Positions 42,320 through 52,870 are shown, numbered from the stretch's first letter. The stretch: 64,000 nucleotides of DNA from Carpediemonas membranifera BICM (GCA_019828565.1 JAHDYR010000067.1:340244-404243), one strand, 5' to 3'. Translations and numbers: made by a program. The notes: a model not told the origin generated them from the letters alone.

Positions 42320-45300
42320 TCAATGGCCCACGTCCACCTCGAGCTCTATAATCCGCACATTCGCGATACTGTCAGCCGATAGCCCCAGATTCGTCAAGTC
42401 ACACTTCTTGGGACTAACGAGCAGAGCCTGAAGCCCAGCCGACGATATCGACTCGACGAGGTACTTGAGCACAGTCTGTCTGCTCGTCTCGTCGAGGAAA
42501 ACATCCCACTCGTCTACCGTGACGAAGGGCACCTCGACGCTCTTCCAGCCGGTAACGAATAGCGCGTCTGCAAGCAACGACTTCTGGCCGCCTGACAACT
42601 GCTTGGGCTCCAGGGCTTGGACGCCCGCTGACACACCAACGCTGATATCGATCCTGCCCTTGGTAGATTCAGTTGGATGGTGGATCTTGAGATTCGGCTG
42701 GAACGAGCAATTGGTCAGGACTTCGTTAAATCCGTGTACAAACACCCGACTCAGCGTCAGTCGGAGGTTGTCCATGCGTGTCCGATTTGAGTGGTTCTCC
42801 TGCTCGAGGTGCTCGTACCGGCGTCCAAACCGAGCCTGTTCAGCGCGATTGTGCTCGAGCATCGCGTGCTTGGCGTGCATCTCCTTCAAGACGAGCTCGT
42901 ACGGCCGCCCGTGTTCTGCGGTGATCTCGCTGATCCTGGCCTCGAGCTCGGCGATCTTCTTGGCAATATCCGGCGGCTGATCATCCCCTGGGTCCACCCC
43001 CATCGGCGTGTCAGGGTGGTCTCTCGCCGCCTTCGTGCACATCGCCTGGTACTTCCCCTGCTTGATGCCCACCGTCGCCTGTGCTGTGCCCACGTTCGAG
43101 TCGACCCTCGCCAACTCCTGCTGGACTGTGGCCAGTCGATTCTGGAGGCTCCGCTGGGTCCGGATCCACTGCTCTCTCTCGTCCCTGAACGCCCTTACTG
43201 TCTCCTCGACCTGGGCGACCGCTCCCTGGACTCTGGCACAGTCTGCCCTGCGCCGCTTCAACTCATCCTTGCACTCGGCGAGGCGCTCATCCAATAGTTT
43301 CAGCGCCCCTTTCGCGTCCACCAACGCATCCTCCGCCTCGTCATTCTTCCCAATGAGGACGGCAATCTCGTCCTGCAGAGCCTGACGCCGCTCACCCTTC
43401 TTGTACTGATCATACGCCTCCTTGGCAGCGGCGAGCTTCTCCTCCTCCTCCGCGAGTTGCTGCTTGAGCATGCTGTTTTCCGCGGCGAGTTCTGCCATGG
43501 TCGCCTGGGTGCTTTCGATGAAGCCGATCTGATCATGCATCTTGGCCTCAAGCTCCCTGAGTCGGTCTCTATCACGTGTGGCGGCATCCTTCGCCTCTTC
43601 CAGGTCCTTGGCGGACTTCTCGATCTGCTCCTGGGTGCGGAGATCGCCTGGGATGTCCGGGAACCCAACGTTGGCCAGCGGATTCCGAAGAATGCCGCCC
43701 GCCTCGATACGGTACGTCCCCCCTGGGAACGCGGCGATGGTTCTCTTCAGTACAGCGCGGCTTTCGTTCTTGTCCGTCTGAACTCTGCGGATGAAGTGCT
43801 TGGCGTGCTCCTCTGTCTCAAACAGCAGTGTCCGATCGGCCGCGACGAAGTCTATCAGGTAGCATGTGATGGCAGCGTCCTTGACCTCCAGGGCATCGAG
43901 TAGAGTCGCCTGGAATCCGACCACACCGTTGAGTGGCAGGTCGTCGGATCTACACGAGCTGGGGGGCTTGTTAGAGGGGTACGAGTTGAGTGAGATGCCC
44001 GCCTTCTGACGCATGAGCATGTTGTTGAGCGCGTTGAACACGGTGCGGTTGAAGCAGACCGCGTCGACTTTCGTCATCTGCAGGAGCTGACGAACCAGCT
44101 TACTCCTCGCAAAGGCTGGCTTGACTACCAGATACGCCGCTACTGGGGCGACTGGCTTGTACGGCCGGTCCTCGTCCTTCAGCCGGGGCACGATCTTCTC
44201 CCAGCACGCCTCGACGACCTTGAATCGGTTCACGATCTTCGGATCTGCCAGAAGCTGCAGCCTCTCGTTGATATCATTGAGATTTGACCCGCCCTTGTGC
44301 CGCACCTTCCTCAGCCGGGCCTGGGCCGCGTCTGCTGCTGCTAGGGACTTCTCGGCGACCTTCTTCTGCGCCAAAAAGTCCTCTCGCATACGCTCTCTCG
44401 CGGATTCCTGCTTGTCTAGGGCGTGCCGTGTGTTCTCGAGCTCCACGGCCTTCTGAGCGAGCAAGGAGTGTGTCTGGTCACGTTTCAATGAATCCGGTTG
44501 GGGCACCTCCTTGCTTGCGTCCTCCAGGTCGCGCTCCTTTCGCTTCAAATCCCGGCTGAGCGTGTTGATGGTGTGCTTGGCGGCCTCCTTCTTCGCCTGT
44601 GCGTCCATGATGTCCCTATGCGTCTCATCTATGACCCTTTCCTGGTCAAGCACCAATGACTCCGCGGCGCTGACCTGCTCGGCAGCTTCTCGACTCTCTT
44701 CGGCCAGTCTGGCCAGCTTCCTCTCAAACTTAGCGATGCTCGAGCTCGCCTTCTCCACGTCCGTCGCAGTTGTAGCCACGCGTTGTTCCAGATCTGCCTT
44801 GGCCGACGCCGCGTCAACTACAGCCCGCTGGGCCCTCTCGACTTCAGCCCGCTGGTCTCTGAGGCCAATAAACGTCAGCTGGGCGACGTGCCGCTTGATA
44901 CGGGCATGAAGTTCGTCCGACCCCTGCATTGAGTCAACCTCGTGCTGCAGGGCGACGTACTCCTCCTGCATTCGTTCGACTGAGCGGGTAAAGGTGTCTA
45001 GGCAGCCGACTGTGTTTCTCATGTTATCAGCAGTGGCCTCAATAGATCGGCGCACATGTTCGAGCCTCGTAGCCTGCAGGAAGAAGCTGTAGAGCGTGTA
45101 GGGGTCGATATTAGCAACGGTCTTCATCAAATTCTGGTTGATGAACTGAAGTTGGTTGCCGGGGTCGAGGTTAAGGTGCTCCCGTAGAGCCCGGACGGTC
45201 TTGGCTGACACCTTCGTCCCATTGAGAGAGAACGACGTGCTACACGTCCCAGAGGCGTTGAGGCGAAGGTCACGGTGCAGTACAAGTGTGTCACCGTATT

Positions 45301-46942
45301 GGCCGTGGCAGTAGGCGTTGTACCCCGTGTTGACGATGTGCATCGACACGTGCCCGCTCTTCTCACCGTCGGCACGGGCCTGGCGGTTGAAGAAACCTGC
45401 CAGACCCGCCGTGGAGGTTGACTTGTTTGAGTCGTCCGCGATCTGTGCCTCTGTCCCGCCCAGTGCGAATGAGATGCCGCGGCTGATGCTGGAGTTGTGG
45501 GTCACCAGCATGCTCTCGGTGACAATGAAACGGCAGGTCGGGCCCTCCATGGTGAAGCCGTAGTAGTCGTCCTCGGGCTGGGGGGTGACGGTGAAGCCGA
45601 CGGGGGTGGGGTTTTTGTCATCATGTGTGGCCATGTCGGTCTTGTGGACGCGGCAGGGGAGGGCGCCGTGGATCATAAAGCGGGCCGTGGCGTCAGCGCC
45701 GCTCACCTTGAGCGAGAGGCCGAGGGACCGTGCGATGAACTTGATGTCATCACTGAGCTGGCCCTGGGCGTGGGTGATGACGAAGGCGCCACCGTCGAGT
45801 CTGCCGCTGGTGTCGACGAACCCGGCCAGGAGGCTGAGCCGCTGCTGCACGGTGCCGACCTTGATGGCTGGGGGGACGTGCTTGGTGGAGCAGAGGTCGT
45901 TGGCCCGCAGCCATGTCAGGAAGGGGCTGTCGAGGCCGTCGGCCCCGAGGATGTTGTTGGTGTCAGCCTCGCCAGCCGGCACAAGGCGGCAGGCGACCGA
46001 CTTGACCGCCAGCGTGAACCCTTCGACGACGTCGGGATCGGTTGTGGTGAGTTGGGGGACGCCCTCGTGGCCCACGCTTCCAGCGCCGAGCCAAGCACCG
46101 AGGGTCCACTCGAACGAGGGGGTGTCAGTGACGTCCTCGACCACGGCCGGCGGGGCATACGCGGGGAGTGCTGACGTGTCGAACAGCTCGATGCGGGGGG
46201 CGTGGAACATGAAGGCCCGCTCGCGGAGGTTGGGGTGCATGCATTCGTCATCGAGGAAACGTCTGACTGGCATGTCGAGGATGGTGCCGTCGTACAGGAC
46301 GGAGCAGTTCTCGTGCACGGCGTCATGCTGCTCGAGGGTGGCCTTGAATGTCTCAGCGGCGTCAACGTCGGTGAAAGCCACAGATCTGGCTCTGACGGAA
46401 GTGACCTCGTTGGAATCGTCGCGACTGATGAAGACGAACTCTACACGATAGTCGCAGTCCCCTTTGGTCAAAGTGGGTCCAGCACCGCTCATCATGAATG
46501 ATATGACGTGGGACATGTTGCAGGTGAACGCCCCGACCTCCGTCTCGACCCGTGCCATCTCCTCCCGGCCCCGGGTGACCGTCAGGACGCGCTTAGGGGT
46601 CCCCTCGGCGCCCATGATCGTGTCTCCGGCCTGGATGTCCTCGGCGCACTGGAACTGACCGCTGGCCATGAGGACCTTGGTGCCGCGGGCCAGGCACTTG
46701 CCAGCACCGTTACCTCCGTGGAGAAGAGTGAGCTGAGATGATAGATCAAGCTCAAAGGTGCGGAATGTAATCCAGTTCTTGTACACAATCTTCTTAATGC
46801 GGCCGGCGCCTTCAACTGAGCTCGAAAGACGGGGCTGCTCCTCGGAATCGGAGTCTTCCTCCCGGGCTCTCTTCTGTGAAGGCTCATAGCCGTCTTCATC
46901 ATCGCTTTGATACCGCTGGGTCCTCTTTTTAAGTCGGACCAT
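42320..46942 (-). CDS. SMC6: Structural maintenance of chromosomes protein 6, intein-containing precursor (1540 aa; 1139 aa after splicing)
   Basis: Walker A GGNGAGK|SS is restored on intein removal; YSFFLQATRLE; long coiled coils and hinge; signature LSGGQKS; Walker B/D-loop PFVTVDEWDVFLD (SMC6-type DEFDVFMD, not SMC5-type DEINQGMD). Confidence 0.88.
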   Translation of the reverse strand: MVRLKKRTQRYQSDDEDGYEPSQKRAREEDSDSEEQPRLSSSVEGAGRIKKIVYKNWITFRTFELDLSSQLTLLHGGNGAGKCLARGTKVLMASGQFQCAEDIQAGDTIMGAEGTPKRVLTVTRGREEMARVETEVGAFTCNMSHVISFMMSGAGPTLTKGDCDYRVEFVFISRDDSNEVTSVRARSVAFTDVDAAETFKATLEQHDAVHENCSVLYDGTILDMPVRRFLDDECMHPNLRERAFMFHAPRIELFDTSALPAYAPPAVVEDVTDTPSFEWTLGAWLGAGSVGHEGVPQLTTTDPDVVEGFTLAVKSVACRLVPAGEADTNNILGADGLDSPFLTWLRANDLCSTKHVPPAIKVGTVQQRLSLLAGFVDTSGRLDGGAFVITHAQGQLSDDIKFIARSLGLSLKVSGADATARFMIHGALPCRVHKTDMATHDDKNPTPVGFTVTPQPEDDYYGFTMEGPTCRFIVTESMLVTHNSSISRGISFALGGTEAQIADDSNKSTSTAGLAGFFNRQARADGEKSGHVSMHIVNTGYNAYCHGQYGDTLVLHRDLRLNASGTCSTSFSLNGTKVSAKTVRALREHLNLDPGNQLQFINQNLMKTVANIDPYTLYSFFLQATRLEHVRRSIEATADNMRNTVGCLDTFTRSVERMQEEYVALQHEVDSMQGSDELHARIKRHVAQLTFIGLRDQRAEVERAQRAVVDAASAKADLEQRVATTATDVEKASSSIAKFERKLARLAEESREAAEQVSAAESLVLDQERVIDETHRDIMDAQAKKEAAKHTINTLSRDLKRKERDLEDASKEVPQPDSLKRDQTHSLLAQKAVELENTRHALDKQESARERMREDFLAQKKVAEKSLAAADAAQARLRKVRHKGGSNLNDINERLQLLADPKIVNRFKVVEACWEKIVPRLKDEDRPYKPVAPVAAYLVVKPAFARSKLVRQLLQMTKVDAVCFNRTVFNALNNMLMRQKAGISLNSYPSNKPPSSCRSDDLPLNGVVGFQATLLDALEVKDAAITCYLIDFVAADRTLLFETEEHAKHFIRRVQTDKNESRAVLKRTIAAFPGGTYRIEAGGILRNPLANVGFPDIPGDLRTQEQIEKSAKDLEEAKDAATRDRDRLRELEAKMHDQIGFIESTQATMAELAAENSMLKQQLAEEEEKLAAAKEAYDQYKKGERRQALQDEIAVLIGKNDEAEDALVDAKGALKLLDERLAECKDELKRRRADCARVQGAVAQVEETVRAFRDEREQWIRTQRSLQNRLATVQQELARVDSNVGTAQATVGIKQGKYQAMCTKAARDHPDTPMGVDPGDDQPPDIAKKIAELEARISEITAEHGRPYELVLKEMHAKHAMLEHNRAEQARFGRRYEHLEQENHSNRTRMDNLRLTLSRVFVHGFNEVLTNCSFQPNLKIHHPTESTKGRIDISVGVSAGVQALEPKQLSGGQKSLLADALFVTGWKSVEVPFVTVDEWDVFLDETSRQTVLKYLVESISSAGLQALLVSPKKCDLTNLGLSADSIANVRIIELEVDVGH
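45494..46696 (-). mobile_element. Intein (401 aa, VMA1-like Hint domain with degenerate LAGLIDADG homing endonuclease) in the SMC6 Walker A motif
   Basis: Block A CLARGTKVLMASG; block B FTCNMSH; block C LGAWLGAG; block D KHVP; block E LLAGFVDTSG; block H DIKFIARSLG; block F EDDYYGFTM; block G VTHN followed by Ser+1. Confidence 0.95.
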
Positions 46943-47083
46943 GGGCGGGACTCCAGTGCGCCGTCCTTAAAGTGCACTGTATGCGATGTCGGTGAATGTG
47001 GCCTGGCACGACTCGCTAGGCCCAATTGGCGCGCCCCAGCAAGCCTCCAACAGTCGACTTTGTTGAGTCGGCTTGAGGCATCA

Positions 47084-49210
47084 ATGAGCGCCAGCCACGT
47101 TATTGGTGCTACTGCCGGCCCAACAAGGTACCAATGCTGCATTAAGTGGGGCATTTGCAACTATGTGATATACGGAACTACTGCTGCTGTCGCTGTTTGG
47201 AATACTCAGGCCAATTCGATAATACTCGCGAACCACCACCGTGCGCCCGTTCGTCAAGTCGCATGGATGCACGACGAGGCTCAGCATCCTATATCCGAGT
47301 TTGTTTCTGGCGATATCGACGGAAACATCGTCTATTGGGCCCTTAACGAAGGAAAACCCTCGGTTATGGCCGAAATCAAGCTTGCCACGTCCTCTCCCCC
47401 GGCTCAAATGGTTGCAGGAACACACAGCGGCCACCGATTCATCGCCATAGTTCAGGTGAGTGGCGACCTGACCCTCCTCGTCCAGCCCCAGCCAGGTCTC
47501 GGGTTCGAGTCCCACGCGGTCACCCCGCCCAGCACCGCCCGGGCCATGTGCCTCGCTTCACTCAGCGGCAGGCTGCTAGTAGGGGACATGGCGGGCCGAG
47601 TTAGTGTCATTTCCCTCGACACTCTCACTGTCGAGCTGACATTCGGGTCCGTGTCAGCTTGGGTGGCCGACCTCGATGCTACAACCATCCTTTACTCGGC
47701 AGACGGAATCTCAGTCGTTGCTGCAGCTGTGGGCAACACCGTCCAGCTGTGGCAGCTGACCCGCACCACCGCCACTATCCTGCGGACATGCCAGGATGCT
47801 GGCGACATCATCACCTCGGTGGCGTTCAGCAAGTCCGCCGACCACCAATCTGACACACTCCTGGCGGCAGGGTGCGGAGATCGGTCCATATTTATGTACA
47901 CCATGGCCCCCGACCTGACTGCCACCCTCGACTCCAGGCTTGGCGCTTTCGGGGCGAGCACGTTCATCGGTGTCACTGGCGTCTGCTGTGACGCCAACGC
48001 GTGTGCAGGCCAGACGATGGACGGGGCGCTGCTCTTCTACACGAGAGGCAAGGCCGCCGAGTCCATCGAGGAGGAGGGCGAGAACTGGGTTGTCGCGGCA
48101 GCTCCATCGGGTCCAGCGGGGAAGGTGTCGGCCATTTGCCCGGTATCGCAGGACGCGGTACTTGTCGCGTCGCATGACAGAACGGTCCGAATCTTCCATC
48201 GAGGGGCGGTCGTATCTGAGATTGCTCGGCCACTGGTGCACGGTTATCCAGTTGCTGGCGCCACGTATATTTCGGGCCTTTTGCTCGTATGGGCGGGCGA
48301 GACGAGTGTCAGAATTCTCAGACCAACCGAGTCATTCAAAAGAACGGCGAATCTATTTAATATCGACTCAATCTCCGCAGGATACGGCATTGGCGCGGTA
48401 CAGCCCCCCATGCGTCTGCTGAACAAGCCCATGTTCGTAGGCGCCACGCCGTCGTTGTTTGAGCGAGCCCTTCTTGACGACCACCAAGTGACTGAAGTGT
48501 CAGAGTTCAGACCGGGCCTGATCGCCCAAATCGCGGTCGATTCTGATCCTATCCTCGGGATTCCCGCCGATGTATCACACGACGAGGCGCTTCGTCGGAC
48601 ACTGTGGGGGCAGCACGGCGAGGTCCCGACGCATGGCCCCGTGACCGTAGCCGCGGCATGTGTTGGCGATGATGGAGAGGTCATGCTCGCCATGGCCCCG
48701 GAAGCATCGCGGCCGTCTGACTGCGCTGTCGAGGTTGTGAGGCTGGCGTGCCATGGGGATTACATCAGACATGCGCCGTTGGCTACGATGGCCGTGGGCG
48801 AAGTCGTCAGTTCATTGGCGATGGAAGGTGGAACTATCGCTGTTGGGACGGGTACCCGACTCCTCATCTTCCGAAACGGGGCGGAGCAGGTCTTGGCGGT
48901 CGATTCGCCAGTCTCCGCTGTTGCCCTTGAGTCAGGTGCAGTTTATGCTGTATCCGGGCCGACGCTGGTCACCGTTTCCTCAGCGGACGCCGAGCCTGTT
49001 ACCCACTCTCTCGGCAGCAAAGGCGTCTCTCTCTCTGTCTCTGGCCGCACAATTGCTGTGGGGCGGGTCAACGGCACCGTCGCCGTTGCACGCGATGGCA
49101 AACAGACCGACCTTGTTGTGGGCGCCGGCTGTGTCGACCGGGTGGCGCTGTGCGGGGGCCTGCTTGTTTGCGGAGTCGGGTCAGCTGTGGTTTGGGTCGA
49201 GCTCGGATGA
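47084..49210 (+). CDS. ELP2: Elongator complex subunit 2-like WD40 protein (divergent)
   Basis: WD repeats plus ASHDRTVRIF, EIARPLVHGY, AGETSVRIL, GAVQPPMRLLNKP and LRRTLW, matching Elp2 blocks. Confidence 0.72.
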   Translation: MSASHVIGATAGPTRYQCCIKWGICNYVIYGTTAAVAVWNTQANSIILANHHRAPVRQVAWMHDEAQHPISEFVSGDIDGNIVYWALNEGKPSVMAEIKLATSSPPAQMVAGTHSGHRFIAIVQVSGDLTLLVQPQPGLGFESHAVTPPSTARAMCLASLSGRLLVGDMAGRVSVISLDTLTVELTFGSVSAWVADLDATTILYSADGISVVAAAVGNTVQLWQLTRTTATILRTCQDAGDIITSVAFSKSADHQSDTLLAAGCGDRSIFMYTMAPDLTATLDSRLGAFGASTFIGVTGVCCDANACAGQTMDGALLFYTRGKAAESIEEEGENWVVAAAPSGPAGKVSAICPVSQDAVLVASHDRTVRIFHRGAVVSEIARPLVHGYPVAGATYISGLLLVWAGETSVRILRPTESFKRTANLFNIDSISAGYGIGAVQPPMRLLNKPMFVGATPSLFERALLDDHQVTEVSEFRPGLIAQIAVDSDPILGIPADVSHDEALRRTLWGQHGEVPTHGPVTVAAACVGDDGEVMLAMAPEASRPSDCAVEVVRLACHGDYIRHAPLATMAVGEVVSSLAMEGGTIAVGTGTRLLIFRNGAEQVLAVDSPVSAVALESGAVYAVSGPTLVTVSSADAEPVTHSLGSKGVSLSVSGRTIAVGRVNGTVAVARDGKQTDLVVGAGCVDRVALCGGLLVCGVGSAVVWVELG

Positions 49211-49283
49211 GGCGTTCAGAGTGGTGAGAGATATGCTGTAAATGATACGGACGCATCAGACGGTTAGTAAGATGATTTATCCG

Positions 49284-51566
49284 TTAGTACCCGACGACGT
49301 AGGCAAGCAGGGCGCCCATGGTGAAGATTACGAGGCATGCAAACGGCCCCTCGATCGAGCCGCCGATCAGAAGGTCAAGCGGTTTCAAGAACGGCCGACC
49401 TCTGTTGGCGTCCTCCACGCTGAGCGAAGAGATGTTGGGGAAGGACGACACCGGCAGGAGGATGGCGTTGGAGTTGACAAAACTGCACAAAAGAACGGCC
49501 ATAGCGGGGTGGAAATCCTTAGAGATCTCGGCGACGAAGGGAAGCACGATGAGCGCGGCCACGGTGTGGGAGATGACGTTGCCGGCCACAAACATGAGCA
49601 ACCCCGCGAGAATGATGACTAGGAAGCCCGGCATCGAGTGGAGGGTGCTCTGGAAGGGGTCGATGAGGATGTGAAGAAGCTCGGTCTGCTTGATGGCCGC
49701 GCCGAGCACCGAGCCGCCAGCTAGGAGGGTGACGACGTCCCAGGGGAGGTTGACATAGTCCTGCTTGCTGACAAGGCCGAGCCCGAATAAGATAAAGATT
49801 GGCACGAGCGAGATGATGCCAACACGGCCGATGTACTCGCCTGTAAAGGAGGTCGACGCCCAGAGCGCCACTGCAATCACAAGCGCGGCTGCTGTGCCCA
49901 CTACACCTATGATCGACGGCTTGCCCTGCTTGCTGGCCTCATGGACGGCGGCCTCGTCCGTCGGGTCGACGTCTACCATCCGGGGGACGGAGGCCACGTC
50001 TGGGCGATAGAGTAGCATGACGTACGCGTATGAGAAGAGCACGAGGACGATGCTGACGGGCACGGAGACAAGCATGAACCCGACGAAGGTGATCTCTGTG
50101 CCGTAGCCGCTCGTGGCGAGGGCGTCGAGCGCTAGAGCAGACTGGGGCGACGCGATAGGCGTCCCCATGCCCCCAATGTTCGCGCTGAGGCACACGGCCA
50201 TGAGTATGGTTCGGCCGAACTTCGAGGACTCGGGGAGGAGTCGAATCGTGGGGAGAACGAGTGAGATGACCAACATGGGGGCGGCAACGCTGCTGAGCCA
50301 CATCGAGAGGAAGAACGTCAGCGACATGAGCACGAGGATGTAGAGCCAGGGCTTGCCGAGGGAGCAGCGGGCGATGAGACGGGAAATGGGGACATCGATG
50401 TGGTGGCGGCGCAGAGAGGCGTTGAGGGCGAACCCTATAATGACTAAAATGGTGTTATCGCTGACCATGGCCTGGTAGACGCTTGTTGACCCAGATTCAG
50501 CGTTGCTGTCGAATATTTGGAGCAGGACGGCTGTTACAAGAATGAGGATGCTTGTGGCGAACAGGGGAATGGCGCTTGTCGCCCAGAGGATGAGGGAGAG
50601 CACGAGGAGGGCCAGGGCACGCTGGGCGTCCTGCTGGTCGTCGTCGAACGGCAAGGGAAGGAACGGGATGACTCCAGCGACGATGAGGGCGATGGGCAGG
50701 ATGAGCAGGCCCTTCTTGGTCAACCCCACCTGCTCCGCGGGCAGTCTGGCCTGAGCACGGGCGAGGAATGCCTTGAGGCCCTCGTCGAAGGGGTTGTGCC
50801 TGTATGCATGGTGTTTCGCGACTTCTTCGAGGAAGAACGCGGCTACCTGCTCTGAGTCCTCTTCCTCCTCGCCCTCTGACTGCTCTGATGCGATGATAGA
50901 TGCATACAGTGCTGCTGTCTCGTTCAACAGCAGCGGCCCCTGCTCGTCGGTCGCGAACTCCTCAACCTCCAAGATCCTGTGATAAATGGCGTCGGCAGGC
51001 TCGATCGCGACCTCGTACTTCTCAAGCATAGGCGTGGTGACCAGCTTGTCGAACTTCTTGCATATTTTCCGGAACCCCTCCCTGTTCATGTGGCCGTACT
51101 CAATCAAATGATCTGTGTGACACGCAAAGATGAAGAGCTGCGTGCGGAACAGCTCGATCTCCATCTGACTCTCGTCGCCCTGCTTGATTGCCTTGGCATC
51201 CAGCGTGTATTGCTCGAGAGTGTGGTGCATTTCGGCGCAGATCCTTGCATACTCTTTCTTGACCTTCTCTCGCTCGACTTCTACACACCTGGTGAAGTGC
51301 GAGAGGGTGTCCAGCGCCAGTATCTCCACCGGCGGCTGTGTGGGGGCGGCAGGCACAGGGGTTCCGGGCACTGAGTTCGGCAGGGAGGCCGTGGCGAAAT
51401 CAAAGCTCTTGCTTGTGAAAGAACTGCTGCGGCTATGTCTTTTGTGGCCTAATGAAACCTCGATCTCGTGCATAGAGCGCTGGACGAGCTTCTTCAGCTT
51501 CTTGTAGTCAATGTAAGCGTATGAGTTCGATGAGGACGCTACTTGCAGCGACTTGGCGAACTTCAT
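49284..51566 (-). CDS. SPX-domain SLC13-type phosphate transporter (Pho87/90/91-like)
   Basis: MKFAKSL..YIDYKKLKK and N.EGFRKICKKFDK SPX motifs; ANIGGMGTPIASPQ, LPVSSFPN; many TMs. Confidence 0.92.
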   Translation of the reverse strand: MKFAKSLQVASSSNSYAYIDYKKLKKLVQRSMHEIEVSLGHKRHSRSSSFTSKSFDFATASLPNSVPGTPVPAAPTQPPVEILALDTLSHFTRCVEVEREKVKKEYARICAEMHHTLEQYTLDAKAIKQGDESQMEIELFRTQLFIFACHTDHLIEYGHMNREGFRKICKKFDKLVTTPMLEKYEVAIEPADAIYHRILEVEEFATDEQGPLLLNETAALYASIIASEQSEGEEEEDSEQVAAFFLEEVAKHHAYRHNPFDEGLKAFLARAQARLPAEQVGLTKKGLLILPIALIVAGVIPFLPLPFDDDQQDAQRALALLVLSLILWATSAIPLFATSILILVTAVLLQIFDSNAESGSTSVYQAMVSDNTILVIIGFALNASLRRHHIDVPISRLIARCSLGKPWLYILVLMSLTFFLSMWLSSVAAPMLVISLVLPTIRLLPESSKFGRTILMAVCLSANIGGMGTPIASPQSALALDALATSGYGTEITFVGFMLVSVPVSIVLVLFSYAYVMLLYRPDVASVPRMVDVDPTDEAAVHEASKQGKPSIIGVVGTAAALVIAVALWASTSFTGEYIGRVGIISLVPIFILFGLGLVSKQDYVNLPWDVVTLLAGGSVLGAAIKQTELLHILIDPFQSTLHSMPGFLVIILAGLLMFVAGNVISHTVAALIVLPFVAEISKDFHPAMAVLLCSFVNSNAILLPVSSFPNISSLSVEDANRGRPFLKPLDLLIGGSIEGPFACLVIFTMGALLAYVVGY

Positions 51567-51763
51567 GATGAATAGCGATGGATTGTTGCCGAAAGGTGCC
51601 GCTTCGTGGCTTTCGCCGATTCAAGACTCGCGATCAACTCGCTTCGGGGCAGTCGGTCTCGACCTGTCCCAAGATCGGCAATCACGAAATCGCGGGAAAC
51701 ACCTCAATTCAACCAACATACGCTTTAGTGACAGTAATATCATACACAGACCGCCAATGCCCA

Positions 51764-52870
51764 TCAGGCTCGGGCTCCGTCTCTGAGCATCTCCACGTGT
51801 GCCGCAAACATCGCGCACGCAGCCCGATCTCTAAACTTCACATTCAACTCAGCACCGTCTCTCACCACTGCGCTAATGCTCTCTACGACGTCAACGTCAA
51901 CTTCCCATGTGATCCTCGTTGAAGTCCGCTCAGTCCGCGCCACCTCTCGCGGACTCACGGTTATTACGGGCGACGGACTCCGCCCAGACCTCGCAGACCT
52001 GGCCTGGGGGATTTCCCCGGACTCGCCGCCGTCTGGCCCATTGTTACGGCGCCTGGGCGATGACACCGCGGCGGGACTCCGGTTGGCGACGGAGAGACGC
52101 TCGTCGTCGGGGTCGAGCACTATCGTGCTCTGCCGACGCCCATGTCTGGGTGAAACTAGGCTCGGGGGCACCGCGATCTGGGGGATCGCCGGCTCACTCG
52201 GGCGGCGGTTCAAAGCAGCCTCACGCCGCCTGAGCTCTGCTAGCTCTGCAGCCAGTCTCTCCTTGGCCAGCCGGGCCTGTCTGATGGCCGTCGTCTCGGC
52301 CGGGGGGTGGTCTGGGATGCTGAAGTCGATCTCAGACCCCTGCCGGGAGAGGGAGAGCTCGAGGGGCGGGATGCGGCTCGAAAGGGACTCTGGCTTGTTA
52401 CTATTGGGGGTTGCGGCCGTTCTGTCTGTGGTTCCAGGCAGTTTAGCGCTGGACATCTGTGGTTTGTCCGCAAGCTGGCGGGGCGACTGGGCTACACGGC
52501 GAGTGTTGGGTTGCACGGCCACTGCTGTGGCTATGGATGAGGTCTTACGGGGCTCGACTACTGAACTGCGGGTGAGAATGACGGGTGAGACGCTGGGTTC
52601 GCTCGACTCGGCGTGATTCTTCTTCTGCCACTCGGCAAGAAGCTGAGCGGTGGCAAACGGGGTTCGCACGCGTCCACGGTGGTCGGGGGTGGATGCACGC
52701 GAGGATCTGTTTGCTGAACGGGCTCGTATGCCCCCAGAAAAATTGGAGTCTTGAATTCTCTGAGTTAGCGTTGCAAGTGTCGGCGTTGATGGAACGTTTG
52801 TAGGTGTCTTTGGTGTAAAATCGTCATTCGATAGTGAACGTGCCCGAAGAGGACCGAATGCCCGAGACAT
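51764..52870 (-). CDS. Hypothetical Ser/Arg/Pro-rich protein with a short coiled coil
   Basis: Long ORF from the ATG at 52870; low complexity. Confidence 0.55.
   Translation of the reverse strand: MSRAFGPLRARSLSNDDFTPKTPTNVPSTPTLATLTQRIQDSNFSGGIRARSANRSSRASTPDHRGRVRTPFATAQLLAEWQKKNHAESSEPSVSPVILTRSSVVEPRKTSSIATAVAVQPNTRRVAQSPRQLADKPQMSSAKLPGTTDRTAATPNSNKPESLSSRIPPLELSLSRQGSEIDFSIPDHPPAETTAIRQARLAKERLAAELAELRRREAALNRRPSEPAIPQIAVPPSLVSPRHGRRQSTIVLDPDDERLSVANRSPAAVSSPRRRNNGPDGGESGEIPQARSARSGRSPSPVITVSPREVARTERTSTRITWEVDVDVVESISAVVRDGAELNVKFRDRAACAMFAAHVEMLRDGARA

Noticed and set aside
42320-46942. SMC5, Rad50 or hedgehog-type Hint assignment
   Set aside because: The Walker B/D-loop and YxFFxxAT motifs are SMC6-type, and the insert is internal with His-Asn/Ser and an endonuclease domain, so it is a true intein.
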